The notes beneath the pieces are model-generated. The model was not told where the DNA came from. It saw only the letters and a list, made by a program, of their open reading frames with translations, and made no database searches. Shown here piece by piece: positions 27,017 to 40,048 of a stretch of DNA of 64,000 bases. The stretch spans positions 117,306,001 to 117,370,000 of the forward strand of contig NW_024704742.1 of NCBI RefSeq assembly GCF_018977255.1, written 5' to 3'. Every line of letters begins with the position of its first letter. Position 1 is the stretch's first letter. A program made the position numbers and the translations under genes. The DNA comes from Callorhinchus milii. Taxonomy: Eukaryota.

Positions 27017-27830
27017 ATAACAACTTGCATTTATATAATGCCCTACGCATAGGGTAGATCTTGGAGCTCTTAACACAGTAGCACTGAACCGGGCAGAGGG
27101 GAGAGGTGTCTGTAGGTACAGTCAAAGAGGAAGGTATTCAGGCATGATCTGAAAAAGTGGAAGGAGGGGACAAAACAGAGGGATTGAGGAAGAATTTCTA
27201 AGGTTTGGGACATACCGGATGAAAACATGGTGGTGGAGTGGAGAGGATGAGGGTCAAGCAGAAGACCGGAGCTAGCCAAGTAGAGGCGGCGGGTTGTAGA
27301 GTGTGAAGTAATAATATAATAATAATAATCCTTGAATTTGATACAGCGCTTTTCACGTCTTCAAAACGTCTCAAAATATGCTGTGAACTGAATTGACTGT
27401 ACATTTGTGGGCGAAATGCGGCAGCCAATTGCGCACAGCAGTGTCCCACAAGTAGTCATGGATTGAAAATGAACAATTTTTTATTGTTGTTTTGGAGGGA
27501 TTATTATTAGGTGTGTGGAGTAAGGAAACTCGCCAAGGTTTCGCCCTGTCGAGAATTGAACCCAGGTCTCTCGCTTGCAAGGCGAGTGCTCTAGCCACTG
27601 AGCTACAGGACTCCACAAAGTAAACAGGTCAGGAAGTACCAGAGCATGAAGGGACTTGTAGCTGATTGTGAGGATCTTGAAACTGATCCAATCTGTGATA
27701 GGGAGTCAGTGAAGTCTGATGATGTTGTGAGGATGGTACAGAATTTAGAGCGAGTGAGTAAATGGGTGGCGGAAAATTGAATTAGTTGAATTTTGTGCAT
27801 AGTGGAACTGGGGAGACTGGTGAGGTGCAA
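27017..27830 (-). mobile_element. Degenerate L2 3' fragment containing a SINE insertion (27309-27615, minus)
   Basis: L2-like sequence continues on both sides of a full SINE. Confidence 0.75.
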
Positions 27831-28173
27831 TACCATTATTTTGTAAGGGGGCAGTCATTGTAGAAAAAAACCCAACCTTCAATATCAGTTTCCATAAAGC
27901 ATAAATAATAGTATATCATTATGGTACTTGCACAGTGATCTCAAGACCTCTGCTAGTAAGTGCAACGCCATTTGATGCGTGCCGCCTCTAGACTGTTGCC
28001 AATAATATCACGTACTGCACTATTTGCTTCCTGAATCACGTATCCGGAGTCCGTCCTTCGTGAGATTGAATCCAGCTCCGTCCGCTGACAAAGCTGGTCT
28101 ACTGCAAGCCTGACTCCTTACTTTGCAATATATGCGGACTGTTCACCTCAATACAGAACTTCTGGCCTCTGCG

Positions 28174-28191
28174 CAGCGCCCTCTGGTGGCA
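28174..28191 (-). promoter_or_regulatory. CTCF-binding motif
   Basis: Minus strand TGCCACCAGAGGGCGCTG fits the core CCASYAGRKGGCRS. Confidence 0.6.
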
Positions 28192-28539
28192 CATATATAA
28201 ATAACCAGAATATAAAGGTTTATTGTAACAGGTAAAACAGACCTATTCATGGATTTCCAAAAAAAACATCGCTGACTGCAGTTGTCTCTCGTTGTTTTGT
28301 TTTATGAAATTATTAACTTCCGAAAATTTTGTTGATAATTTTATGTTGATCGCTAAACTATTTCAATGCCATTTTGTATGGTATTTTTTGTCTTGGTCAC
28401 ACGCGTATGTTTTCTTGAGTGAAAAATGGATGAGTTTCATAAAATACATCACAAACATAATGACGGCTCAGGGTGTACTCCATGGAAAAATGACAGGAGC
28501 TGTACAGTTACTCATGATACTGTTTATTCTTCAAAATCT

Positions 28540-29537
28540 ATATGCTCACTCTTGGTGACATCATCCGCAGACATGGGTTCAACTTCTACATGTATGCGGA
28601 TGAAATCCAACTGTATCTCTCTGCCTCCACCCTTGACTCCAGGACCACTGCTGTCCTGACAAAAAGTCTGTCAGAGATCAAGTCCTGGATGAGAGCTAAC
28701 TTTCTTCAGTTGAACGTCAACAAGACCGAGGCTCACCTGATTGGCTCCCGTCAGCGCCACCTCACCTCAGGCGCTGACAGCATCACCATCTACGGTTGAA
28801 CACCCCACCTTGCTAAGCCAGTCCGGAACCTTGTTTGACCCTCAACTATCCTTTCTACTCCACATGACCTGCACCATGACCTGCTCTGTCTTCCCCCACC
28901 TCTGCATCGTCAGCCAGCTCCGCCACTCCGCCTCCGTCTCACATCACAGGCCACCGAAACCCTTATACATGCTTTCATTACATCGAGGCTCGACTATGCA
29001 AACTCACTGCTTGTCGGCCTCCCCAACTCCTCCCTCCACAGGCTGCAGATCATCCTCTCCCGCACTTGGCTCCCCGACCCTATCACTCCCATCCTTGCCC
29101 AACTCCACTAACTTTCCATAACACAGAGGATACAGTTCAAGATCCTGGTCCTCACCTTTAAAGCCCTCCACGGTCTTGCTCCCCCCTACCTCTGCGACCT
29201 TCTTACCCCCTACCATCCTGTTCACTCCCTCCGCTGCTTCACGTCCCCGCCTCGCTTGCCCCACTATTGGCGGGAGGGCCTTCCGCCACTCTGCACCCAC
29301 GCTCTGGAACTCCATCCCGCAGTCCCTCCGCCTCGCCCCTCGCTTGCCACCTTCAACACCCATCTCAAGACCCTCCTCTTCGACTGTGCTTTCGATCTCC
29401 CTGCTTTCCCCCCCTGCCCTCCACCCTGCCCCACCCCAACCCAAAGCTTGGGTCCATAACTCTGTCTGTCCAGCGCCTTGGGACATCCTCCCAATGTGAA
29501 AGGCACTTTACAAATGTAATTTTGTTGTTATTGTTGT
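28540..29537 (+). mobile_element. L2 LINE 3' fragment (RT C-terminus)
   Basis: YADEIQLY...WMRANFLQLNVNKTE; (TTG)n-like tail. Confidence 0.88.
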
Positions 29538-29633
29538 GTATTCTTTGCCCTATTTCATCCCAATGCAGTGCAAACCCATGTTTTCGTCATGAAATTGCAT
29601 GAAATGATTTTGTGGATGTGATTTTCGTTTCAG

Positions 29634-29701
29634 TCTGTACCTGTTCAAGCTTGGAATAGCACCACAAATCCAAGACTTACTGGGCAAAGTGGATTTTACA
29701 G
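29634..29701 (+). CDS. IQGAP2: IQGAP2 exon, LYLFKLGIAPQIQDLLGKVDFT
   Basis: tttcag| ... |gtagag, 68 nt, phase 2/1. Confidence 0.95.
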
Positions 29702-29850
29702 GTAGAGCTTTTTCTTTTGCAATCGATGGGCAGTGTTTGAAAAGATATCTAGGAGAAATCCTGTCCAACTCCAGTTCAATAAATTATGTAGCTTAAATTT
29801 AAAACCATGGGATTCTGTAGCTGCTACATGTTAATGATTTTTTATTCCAG

Positions 29851-29964
29851 AGGAAGAAATAAGTAACATGCGTAAGGAGCTGGAGAAGTATGGAATTCAG
29901 ATGCCTGCCTTCAGTAAGATTGGTGGAATCCTGGCTAATGAACTTTCAGTTGATGAAGCTACAT
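29851..29964 (+). CDS. IQGAP2: IQGAP2 exon, EEISNMRKELEKYGIQMPAFSKIGGILANELSVDEA
   Basis: ttccag| ... |gtatgt, 114 nt. Confidence 0.96.
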
Positions 29965-31206
29965 GTATGTATCTTGTTGCTTCAGGCCCTTGACTGTGAG
30001 CGTACCCGGGGCCCATCGATAACTTTGTGTTTGAAGATTTGTCCAGTGCAGTGATACATCAGCTTTAATGTGGTGTTTCTCTGTACTTGTGCTTTCTGTA
30101 AATTGTATGTTAAAGCAAAATTGTATTGTTTTTGATTTAAACCAATCAGCCTGCTCAGGTGTTGGCACTCACAGGTTCAGTTGGGATGAAGAAGGCCTTT
30201 GGGCCCATTTAATCTCATCTTTCCAGAATACCCACCCAAATCTGAGTCAAAATGTTATGGGATTCAAGACTTTGAACTCATAGTCTAGGCTGATGCTCCA
30301 TTGCAGTGCTGATATGCTGCATTGTTGAGGTGTTAGTCTTCAGATAGATGTTAATCTCAGGTGGGCATTAAAGATCACATTGCACGATTCGAAAAGAGTA
30401 CAGAGTTTTTCCCAGTTTCCTGGCTAACAGTTCTCCAAGTAAAATTATTTTGTTCACTTCATGGCTGTTTGTCCAGCATTACTGTGCCCCAATCGTTTTT
30501 TTGCGATCATATACAAAATACAGTTACAACATTTTACAGAAAAAACCGTGAAGCACTTCAGGACATATCAACATTATAATGTGTGTTAAATGTTACGATT
30601 ATTATCGCAAATAGTTGTCAGTTTGTTGTAAGAACTCACATTCAATACCCCAAAAGTTATATTCTTCCCTCACCAGGCTCCACATGCCCATCCATTCAGA
30701 TTCCACAGGCTTCAAGTGCCTCAGTGGATCAATGTCAAGATGCTTGTTGTTCTTCAGATCCTTTCATGATCTTGCCCATTCCTATTCCTGCAATCTTTTG
30801 CAGGCCTAATATTCTGCCTGTATCGTCTGCTACTCCGACTGGTCTCCTGCTCATTCTTCAAATGCTCCATCTCACCATCAGGGTTCAAGCTTTCAACCAC
30901 TATGTCCCCACTCTCTGAGATTCCCTTCCAAATTCTCTTTGCTTTCTGCCTTTTCTCCCTCCCTTTAGAACTCTACTTAAAAAATGATTCATTTAATCAT
31001 TGCTTTGGTAAGCATCCGCAAATGCTTGTCCTGCTCAGTGATCTACATTATCTTTGTAAATTGCTTTGAGCCCTCAATGAAACGTACGAAGCAAGGTCAG
31101 ATTGCTGTTGCATTTTGTTTACCAGGGTATTAAGGTTATTTGCGTCACAATGACTTCAGTTTGATTCAGCGGGACACTCATCAATCTGTGTTGTTTCTCA
31201 CTCCAG

Positions 31207-31385
31207 TGCACGCTGCAGTAATTGCGATCAATGAAGCAATATCTCAAGGAGTAGCAAATGAGACCTTAAGGACTCTGAGGAATCAAAATGCCATATTAAC
31301 TAATATAGAAGGTGACTTAGCACAGAATTATCAAGACACATTATTTCAGGCCAAGAAAACCAAACAAGAGAGTGCCAAAAGTAAG
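31207..31385 (+). CDS. IQGAP2: IQGAP2 exon (IR repeat), HAAVIAINEAI...ESAKSK
   Basis: ctccag| ... |gtaagg, 179 nt. Confidence 0.94.
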
Positions 31386-32423
31386 GTAAGGAAACTCAAA
31401 AAATCAATCACACACTGTGTTTTGAATGTAATGCATGGATTAGTAACTGGGTATTTGAGGTAGGTATTGGATTAGTAACTGGGTATCTAAACTAATGCAT
31501 GGATTACTAACTTGTTGAAGAGAAAGAATTTTAGTGTCTTTGTAAAGGAAAGCCTAACATAAGTCTAACTGGGGAGGATTTGATGAGTCCATTTGATGGG
31601 TTTGTAATGGGAGCCCCCACTCACACTGACAAATTAAGTCCAATTGTGCTGCATATAGGAAGTAAAATAAGGAGGCCCATGTACTCCCATGAGTCAGATA
31701 GCATATGACAGCATAAGGGATATTGAAAGACACATAAGATTGCCAAATCATTTCATTTCAGATTCCCAGATATGCTGCTCAAGTTACATAGGGCAGGTTG
31801 TGTTTTGAGTGCGGTGTATCATTCTGATTGATAGGCAGTACAGAGGAGAATATCAAGAATGATCCCCATTGTTGGAGAGATGAACTATAAAAATGACAAG
31901 ATAAGCTGGGCTCTAAAACTGAACAGAGTCAGCCCAGAGAGGACTGCATTGAGGAATTCAGAATGTTTAACTAGGTAGAGACGTTAAAGCCAGAAGAATT
32001 CTTTCACATACTCCAAGGCAGCAGAAGTAAAGAGCATTCATTCCCATTGGGTGTGCTTGGAACGGAGAATTCCTGTGTGATCTGACAGATGTCTTGAAAG
32101 CTGACATTTTCCCATTTGAAGGAGTTTTAAATGTACTGTAGATGCACACAGCAGTTTAGTGTTACAACTTAACCTCGTACTGATGTGCTGTGCTATGGAC
32201 TGGTAGAACATGGAGAGTTGTGGATTTTTTTCTTCCACTTTCCCTTCCCCCTTCATCCCTCCGCCCACATCCTGGGCAGCAGTGAACTACATTTCCTCCA
32301 CACACAATCTTAACCAATTTCTAAAAATATGAAATAAAAGGGATGGGGGTGCACTTTGCTTTAAAAGTTTTCAATAGTTTTCCAGTAAGTATTGATAAAT
32401 GTGTATTTGATTTTGGTTTCTAG

Positions 32424-32511
32424 AGCGATTCTGCTGCAATGGAGGAAAGGGATATGTATGAAGAACTTTTGACTCGTAGTGAGATTCAAGATAACGTCGA
32501 TAAGGTCAACA
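32424..32511 (+). CDS. IQGAP2: IQGAP2 exon, SDSAAMEERDMYEELLTRSEIQDNVDKVN
   Basis: tttctag| ... |gtgagt, 88 nt. Confidence 0.93.
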
Positions 32512-33532
32512 GTGAGTTGATATTAGTTTCCCTCTGAACTTGCGCGTTGGCTGGTCGTTTATTTTCTTTACTCTAATGATGAAAAATAGCACACATTTAA
32601 TCCCATGTTACAATTAGATGTTTGAATTCACAAGTCCTGTTGAAATGCTGTTGAAAGTCACTGTATGTTGAGCTATTCAGTTTTAACAGCACTTCACTGT
32701 TGAAAAATTGCTTAAAAACAGCACTATTTGTGTACTACGAGCAAAATGGGACAAAGTTCATAGAAATTTACAGGACTGGAAACGCCAGAACCAATGTTTT
32801 TTTTAAAAATATATAATACTCAATCTCTCATACACCTTAATCTATTTATTTGCCAAATAACTATCCAGTTCCCTTTACAATGTCCAGATGTGATCTGCCT
32901 CCATTGTCTCCCGAGGAGGTAAGCCATTGCCCATATTGACCACTCAGATGTGTAATATCTAAACCATCTACTCACCTTCCCACTTGACCTCAAGTCTATG
33001 CTTCTCTTGTTGTAGTTTTTGTGACCATGCTAAAAATTACCGATTAGTTCATCAATTCCTTTTCAGATTTTGAATACTTCAGTAAGACCTCCCCCGACCC
33101 TCTCTTTTCCAGTGTGAGACAATGTTTGTTGCATGAAACACAACCATTCAGTGCATTGTTGCCCTGGGTTAGCATGGTGCAGATCTGGTTCATCTGACCT
33201 ACCACCCTGCAGACTCTATCCGTAAAGCTGACACTGGCCTCTTTCATATCACCTGCCTGATCCAATTCACCATTGGTGTGTGATGTTTCAGCCCTTCTGC
33301 CCCCGCCCCTTGCCATGCATTAGCTCAGGTGCCAAATCAACTCTATGAAGTGATTTGAGGCATCTTCCTTATACAAAAGCCACTTTATAGTGTAAACTGT
33401 CGTTATTCTTGTTGGACCATTTCTCTGTTTTCTGGTCAGCTGAGTGTCTGTCACGTTTCTTTTAATTTGGATCTAAAAATACACCTGTACAACATTATGT
33501 TTCTAAATAGTTAATTATGTTTCATTCCCCAG

Positions 33533-33696
33533 TACATAAAGCTCTAGAGCAAGTGAATGAGGCCCTCGACAAGAAGGATGAGGTTACTTTACTGTTGAGT
33601 CTAAGGGTCCCTGCGCTGGGGCTTGTGGGGGTGCAGCAAGAGAACTCGCCATGGTATCTTGCTCATCTGCGTACTTACAAAGAACAGAAATTACAG
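33533..33696 (+). CDS. IQGAP2: IQGAP2 exon (IR repeat), HKALEQVNEAL...KEQKLQ
   Basis: ccccag| ... |gtaggg, 164 nt, phase 1/0. Confidence 0.92.
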
Positions 33697-33981
33697 GTAG
33701 GGTGAAAACGATTCTATTTTTCAGCACTGACCTTCGGTAAAACATATCTACCTTATCACCAATTAACTACTTTTCCAATTACCTTTTGGCATTGGCTTAA
33801 CATGTAGCAGCATAACATAATGCTTAACAAGCAACTTGTATTTTGCTTTAAGATTCACACCATGCGCTCAAGTCTGTATTGGTAATGGCACAAAAAATAG
33901 TTCTCGATACAACAGGACAGAATTACGTTAAGAATTATGTGGAAGTAACAGAAACCAACACATTTCATTCTATGTCTTTAG

Positions 33982-34069
33982 GAAGAAGGTTTTACCCGAA
34001 TGCTTAACAAAGGTGAACTTCACACAGAGGTCAGACTTTGCAATGAGCTGGCCAAAGCCCAAAGACTCA
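33982..34069 (+). CDS. IQGAP2: IQGAP2 exon, EEGFTRMLNKGELHTEVRLCNELAKAQRL
   Basis: tctttag| ... |gtgagt, 88 nt, phase 0/1; needed to join the neighbouring exons in frame. Confidence 0.88.
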
Positions 34070-34241
34070 GTGAGTGTAATTTTTAACTTTATATTCTGTG
34101 CTAAAGATAAATTTCACTTTCAGTAATCTCTTCCGAAAGATTAACAGAACATTCTTTCTGTTTAGATGAGAATAGTTATGATATGCTGACTCTATTGCAA
34201 ACGAATCTCTCAGTGAGCATCGTTCTTTTATTGCTCTACAG

Positions 34242-34405
34242 AACTTGAAGCTGTGGAAAAAATAAATGCCGCCATCCACAGCGGGGATGCGACCCATACT
34301 GTGAACATGCTCTTGCAACCAGAGGCCCAGTTACCCCTGGTTCACCCGTCCATGGCTGAGTTATATCAGACAGAATTGGGGAACCTACAGAAACAGAATC
34401 CTGAG
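34242..34405 (+). CDS. IQGAP2: IQGAP2 exon (IR repeat), LEAVEKINAAI...QKQNPE
   Basis: ctacag| ... |gtaaga, 164 nt. Confidence 0.93.
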
Positions 34406-35044
34406 GTAAGAACAGAATTCAAAAATGTGCACAGAGGAGGGAGGAGGAAGGATAGTGTCTTGATTTTCGTGTCTGTTTAGGCTGTCCTGAACATCTTTCT
34501 GGTACGTAAAATATACAGTGATCCTTGGATATTACGTTTTCAGTGTTCACAAATTAGGTTTTTGCTACTAAACAACTTATATTCGAGTCATTTGTAAGTA
34601 ATGTTGAAGGGTAAAATTTACAGTCCACAAAGTATTTTGATAAATGGATTAGACAAATTGGAGATTGATCCTTTCTCTCCCCCCNTAACTTTACCAACAT
34701 CAACGATGAACCATCATTGTAAAAAACCAGGTCAATCAGAGGAAAGTTGATATGCAACATGGCAATAGATTGAGACCCTAGCTGGAGTCTTTAACTCAGC
34801 ATAAAACTGCTGAACGGTAACCAGTAATCTTTGATTACTACAGTAAATGCAATAGATTAAAAACAGATGCAGAAAAGCTTTGCAAAAACTAATGAAACAA
34901 AAACTCAAGAGACTGATTGATTGGCTTCGGCTGCTATATTTTATCCTCGTCTCTTCGTGGAGTTGTTTTTTTTAAAAATTGCTCTTGTGCCTGGTCAGAT
35001 TCTTTTTTAAGGTTATCTGTTTCTTCCCTTGAGTTTAATAATCA

Positions 35045-35350
35045 ATAATAATCCTTGCATTTGATATAGCGCTTTTCACGTCGGGAGGATGTCCCAAAGC
35101 GCTTCACAGAACACACTGTAAAGTGAATTGACTGTATATTTGTGGGCGAACGCGGCAGCCAATTGCGCACAGCAATGTCCCACAAACAGTCGTAGATTGA
35201 AAATGACCAATTTTTTTGGGGGGGGTTTTGGAGGGATTATTATTAGGCGTGTGGAGTAAGGAAACTTGCCCAAGGTTTCGCCCTGCCTGGAATTGAACCC
35301 AGGTCTCTCGCTTGCAAAGCGAGTGCTCTAACCACTGAGCTACAGGACTC
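35045..35350 (-). mobile_element. tRNA-SINE short subfamily
   Basis: Full head-to-tail match to the other copies. Confidence 0.92.
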
Positions 35351-35727
35351 ATCGACTTAGTCATCGACTTGGCCAACAGGACAGATAATCTGTGCCAAGG
35401 TCTTTCGAGCTCATCCACGAGAATAGTTTCCTAGTTTCCTACAGTGTTCCTAGTTTTCTTAACCTCTGCTTGGTACCTCCCTACTGTAGAGTCTGCCAAT
35501 GTGCAGCAATAAAGCACTGATGCATTTTCTCCAAAGAGATAGTGATATAGATATATGATGATGGACTCTCTTCCTTGCTGGTATCTTATTGAATATGTAT
35601 TAAATTCTCTAACACTCTAATAATCTTTCTATAATGGGGGCCCCACAAAACTGCACACAATACTTGTCCTCCATATTTTTACCTCTCCTGTTCACCCCAC
35701 TTACCTGTTCTGTTTACTGATTTACAG

Positions 35728-35888
35728 GGGCACCTGACTCATGAGGAACTCTTGGTTGCAGTGGAGATGCTGTCAGCCGTGGCTGCACTGAATAAAGCAC
35801 TAGAGCTCAGAGATGATCACGGGGTTATGCAACACCTCACCAGCTCTGCTATCGGACTTAGCAATCGCGATGAAGTGAACACTCAGCG
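35728..35888 (+). CDS. IQGAP2: IQGAP2 exon, GHLTHEELLVAVEMLSAVAALN...
   Basis: ttacag| ... |gtagtt, 161 nt; conserved LTHEEL-VAVEMLS motif. Confidence 0.94.
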
Positions 35889-36309
35889 GTAGTTACTTCT
35901 AGCTATTAATGCTCTCGCTGCGGTTGTAACTTGCAGAGTTTACTCATAGGCCTGTTGCACACATGAAATGTAGTGTGGGAATAACTGGTGCTAAGTTATT
36001 TAAATTCTGCTAAATCATAAATTATTAGGTTTAAATGAAATAAAACAAGACCAAGGATGGCAGATTATGATGAACTGGATTGGTGTGGTGTCAGCTAAGC
36101 CAATGCAATAAAACAATATTGTGAGAGTTAGTTGTTTGGCATGTGAATATAGTATATCATTTCAATGCTGGGTTTGCCTATTCAGAATATTAAGTATTGA
36201 TAGATTTAAGATTTAAAAACTGAGTCATTCTTTGGTGTCAGCAATAACTTGTCGCCTATAGACGGGCAACTTAAATGTCAGTACGTTTTCAGTTCAAAAT
36301 ACTTCTTTG

Positions 36310-36900
36310 TAACCCCTCCAGTCGGGTTTCCGTACCTCCCACAGCACAGAAACAGCCCTGTCCATCTACGACCAGGGCTCCCTTTGCCTCCTCATCCTCC
36401 TTGACCTCTCTGTTGTCTTTGACACCGTTGACCAGTCTATCCTCCTCCACCGCCTCTCCTCTCACCTCAACCTTCACGGTTCTGTCCTTGACTGGTTCGG
36501 ATTGTACCTCACATACCTTCTCCACTTCATCTCCACAAACGGCTTCTCCTCTAGCCCCCGCACGCCTCATGCAGTGTTCCTCAGGGCTCTGTCCTTGGTC
36601 CCCTCCTCTTCAACATCTATATGTGGATGACTCCCAACTGTACCTCTCTGCCTCCACCTTTGACACCAGGACCACTGTTGTCCTAGCAGTCCTGGATGAG
36701 TGCTAACTTTCTTCAGTTGAACGTCAATAAGACCAAGGCCCTCCTGATTGACTCCTGTTAGCGCCTCCACACTTCAGGTGCTGACAGCATCACCATCCAT
36801 GGATGCACACTCCCTCATACTAAGCCAGTACGGAAGCTTGGCGTCTTGTTTGACCCTCAACTATCCTTTCTACCCCACATCCGAGCCATGACCCACTCTG
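36310..36900 (+). mobile_element. L2 LINE RT internal fragment with deletions
   Basis: YVDDSQLY; similar to 37430-39250. Confidence 0.8.
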
Positions 36901-37095
36901 CAAAAACTGCCTGATAATATGTTTCTCACACTAAGCTGGTCAGAGGTTGGCTATGATAAGTTATCATTCTGTTTCATATCAGTTGATTGTTCTGTTTGCA
37001 ATTCTTTAAAGTTGCCGAGTCACCACGGAAGTGTAATTCCTGTTCCTAAGTCGCTATCTCTACCAAGTGTGAGCAGTGATCATTCTCTCTCTTAG

Positions 37096-37220
37096 GTACG
37101 TGGACTTCCTGAAATCATTGAAGGTCCAGGCTGTGGAGGAGGGGCAAACATATCTGGGCTGGAATGATCTTCAGAGCTCTATTGATGAAGTCAATTTGCA
37201 AATTCAAGAGGAAAATGAGA
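37096..37220 (+). CDS. IQGAP2: IQGAP2 exon, YVDFLKSLK...LGWNDLQSSIDEVNLQIQEENE
   Basis: ctcttag| ... |gtgagt, 125 nt. Confidence 0.94.
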
Positions 37221-37429
37221 GTGAGTCCCTTTTGTATAGAAACCCCGATATTATTAAATTGTGAAGCAAAATGTCCAGTAGAAAAAATATATATTTCAAC
37301 AGTAATTGTTTCAGGCAGGAGTAAGCCAATTGGCATGAATTCTGTTGTAAAATAGCTTTTTGATGCAAATACAGGTTCATAGTCCCAGTGATTCTGCTGT
37401 GGTGTGTTTACCTGTTGTAATGCTGGCGA

Positions 37430-39254
37430 TGCTGGATTTCCTTGAGACCAAAATCGAGAGGATCCGTTCAGCCGCCTCTGCCCTCTCAACTGCCACTCCC
37501 TCCCCATCTCTTCCTCACACTCCAACTCTTACCCTTCCCTCCCTCCACACCTTCGAACCTATTTCCCCCTCCTTTCTCACCATGATAACTCGCATGAAGC
37601 CCACCACCTGCTCCCTCAACGTCACCCCTACCGCTCTCCATACTTCCCAGCTCCACCTCCTCGTCCCTTTACTGTCAGACCTCATCAACCTCTCCCTGTC
37701 AACTGGCACCGTTCCCACCCCCTTAAAAATAGCTGTCATCACCCCTATCCTAAAAAAACCTTTCCTGGACCCATCCCTGCTCACAAACTACCACCCCATC
37801 TCAAACCTCCCTTTCCTTTCCAAGGTCCTTGAAAGAGTCGTTGCTTCCCAGCTTCAATCCTTCATCTTCTGCTGCTCCCTTTACGGACCTCTCCAATCGG
37901 GTTTCCAGGCTGCCCACAGCACGGATATAGCTCTGGTCAAGGTGCCAAATGACATTCTGTCCATCTGTGACCAGGGCTTCCTCTGTCTCCTTATCCTCCT
38001 CAACCTCTCTGCTGTCTTTGACACTGTGGACAACTCTATCCTCCTCCATCACTTCTCCTTTCACCTTAACCATCAAGATTCTCTCCTTGAATGGTTCAGA
38101 TCCTATCTCTGACACCAGCTCCACTTTGTCTCCACAAAATGGCTTCTCCTCCAGTCCCCGCACCATCTTGTGCAGTGTTCCTCAGGGCTCTGTCCTTGGT
38201 CCTCTCCTCTTCAACCTGTACATGATCACTCTTGGTGACATTGTCCGCGAACATAGGGTCAACTTCCATGTTCCACATTCCATGGATGACACCCAACTCT
38301 ATCCCTCTGCCTCCACCCTCGACCGCAGGTCACTGATGTCCTGACAGACTCCCTGTCAAACATCAAGTGCTGGATGAGAGCCAACTTTCTACAGTTGAAT
38401 GTCGGCAAGACCGAGGCCTTCCTGATTGGCTGGCGCCAGAGCCTCTGCACCTCAGGCACTGGCAGCATCAGCATCCAAGGATGCACACTCCACCTCACCA
38501 AGCCAAGTCATGAACCTGGGCATCTTGTTCAATCCTCAACTGTTCTGTCTCCCCCACATCCGTGCGTGACCCGCTTTGCCTTCCCCGCCTCCGCAACATT
38601 GCCTGATTCTGTCACTGCCTCACCCCTCAGACTGCTGAAACCCTCATTACAACCATGACTATGCCAACATCCTGTTTGTCAGCCTTCCCAACTCTTCCCT
38701 CTACAAGCTGCAGATCATCCAGAACTCTGCAGCTCGTGTTCTCTCCCGCACCAAGCTCTGCGACCCCATCACCCCCACCTTCGCCCGGCTCCACTGGCTC
38801 CCCATCCCTCAGAGGATCCAGTTCAAAATTCTCGTCCTCACCTTCAAGGCCCTCCATGGCCTTGCCCCCTCCTACCTCTCCAACCTGTTAACCCCTTATC
38901 AACCTATCCACTCCCTCCATTCAGCAGGTTCCGGCCTGCTCCATGTCCCCCGCCTGGCCCGCCTCATCATCAGCGTCGGGCCTTCAGTCTCTCGGCCCCC
39001 ACCCTCTGGAACTCCATCCCACATTCCCTTCGTTCCCTCCCTTACCTCCTTCAAGGCATGCCTAAAGACCCTCCTCTTCAACCATGGCTTTGGTCACCCT
39101 CTCTGCCCTCCACCACCCCTAACCTCCCCCCCAACTCCCTCCTCCCCCACTACCACCGCTCGGATCTTAATATCCTCATCCCTGACTATTCAAAGCCTTG
39201 GGATGTCCTCCCGGGGTGAAAGGTGCTTTACAAATGTAATTTTGTATTATAATA
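37430..39254 (+). mobile_element. 5'-truncated L2 LINE, about 1.8 kb, inactivated
   Basis: PILKKP.LDP...NYHPISNLPFLSKVLER...[13 protein letters not shown]; stops and frameshifts downstream; 3' tail. Confidence 0.9.
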
Positions 39255-39288
39255 ATGCCCCATGTGTGGCTTCATTTTCTTTGCACAG

Positions 39289-39452
39289 AGATCATTGCAG
39301 TTGGTTGTATTAATGATGCAGTAGATGAAGGTGATCCCAATAAAACACTGGAGGCCCTATTGATGCCCACTGCCAAGTTAGAAGCCACAAATCCCTCACT
39401 AGCACGTCATTATCAAGATGTTCTACATCATATAAAACAAGAGAAGTGCAAG
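39289..39452 (+). CDS. IQGAP2: IQGAP2 exon (IR repeat), IIAVGCINDAVDEGDP...KQEKCK
   Basis: gcacag| ... |gtgagt, 164 nt. Confidence 0.94.
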
Positions 39453-39868
39453 GTGAGTCATACAAAATTCTTTTAATTCATAAATTTGAAGTGTATGTAA
39501 ACTTAAAATATATACAGCAGTCAAAAGGGTGTTACATAATAATAATACAATGATGAGGATAACTTAAATAGCATTTATGTAGGCCATCAAGTAAAAATGC
39601 ATCTTGAAGCACTTTGCAAAGTATTATTTATTATTAATAATCATAATAATACTTACATTTCATACTGCGCTGTTCACATCACTTAAACATCTCAAAGTAT
39701 TTCACAGGTTATAATATAAAGTGTAGTGACTGTGTATTCTGTAGGCAAATGTCACAGCCAATTTTCCATACATTTGTTAAAAAGGAAGTGAATTTGTAAT
39801 ATAGCCAAATGCAACCGTTAATCTGAAATAGTAACATCCCATAAATAACAATGAAATGAGCAGCCTAT

Positions 39869-40048
39869 GGAGTACTGTAGCTCAGTGGTTAGAGAACTCA
39901 CCTCGCAAGCGAGAGACCTGGGTTAGATTCCTACCAGAGCGAAACTGTGGGCAAGTTTCCTTGTTCCACAAATATACAGTCAATTCACTTCACAGTATAT
40001 CTAGAAGGCATGAGAAGCCCTATATCACATGCAAGGATTATTATTATT
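39869..40048 (+). mobile_element. Internally deleted tRNA-SINE
   Basis: Head joined directly to the 3' tail portion. Confidence 0.75.

Noticed and set aside
34685..34685. Single N base
   Set aside because: Assembly ambiguity only; relevant as a caution on local sequence quality.
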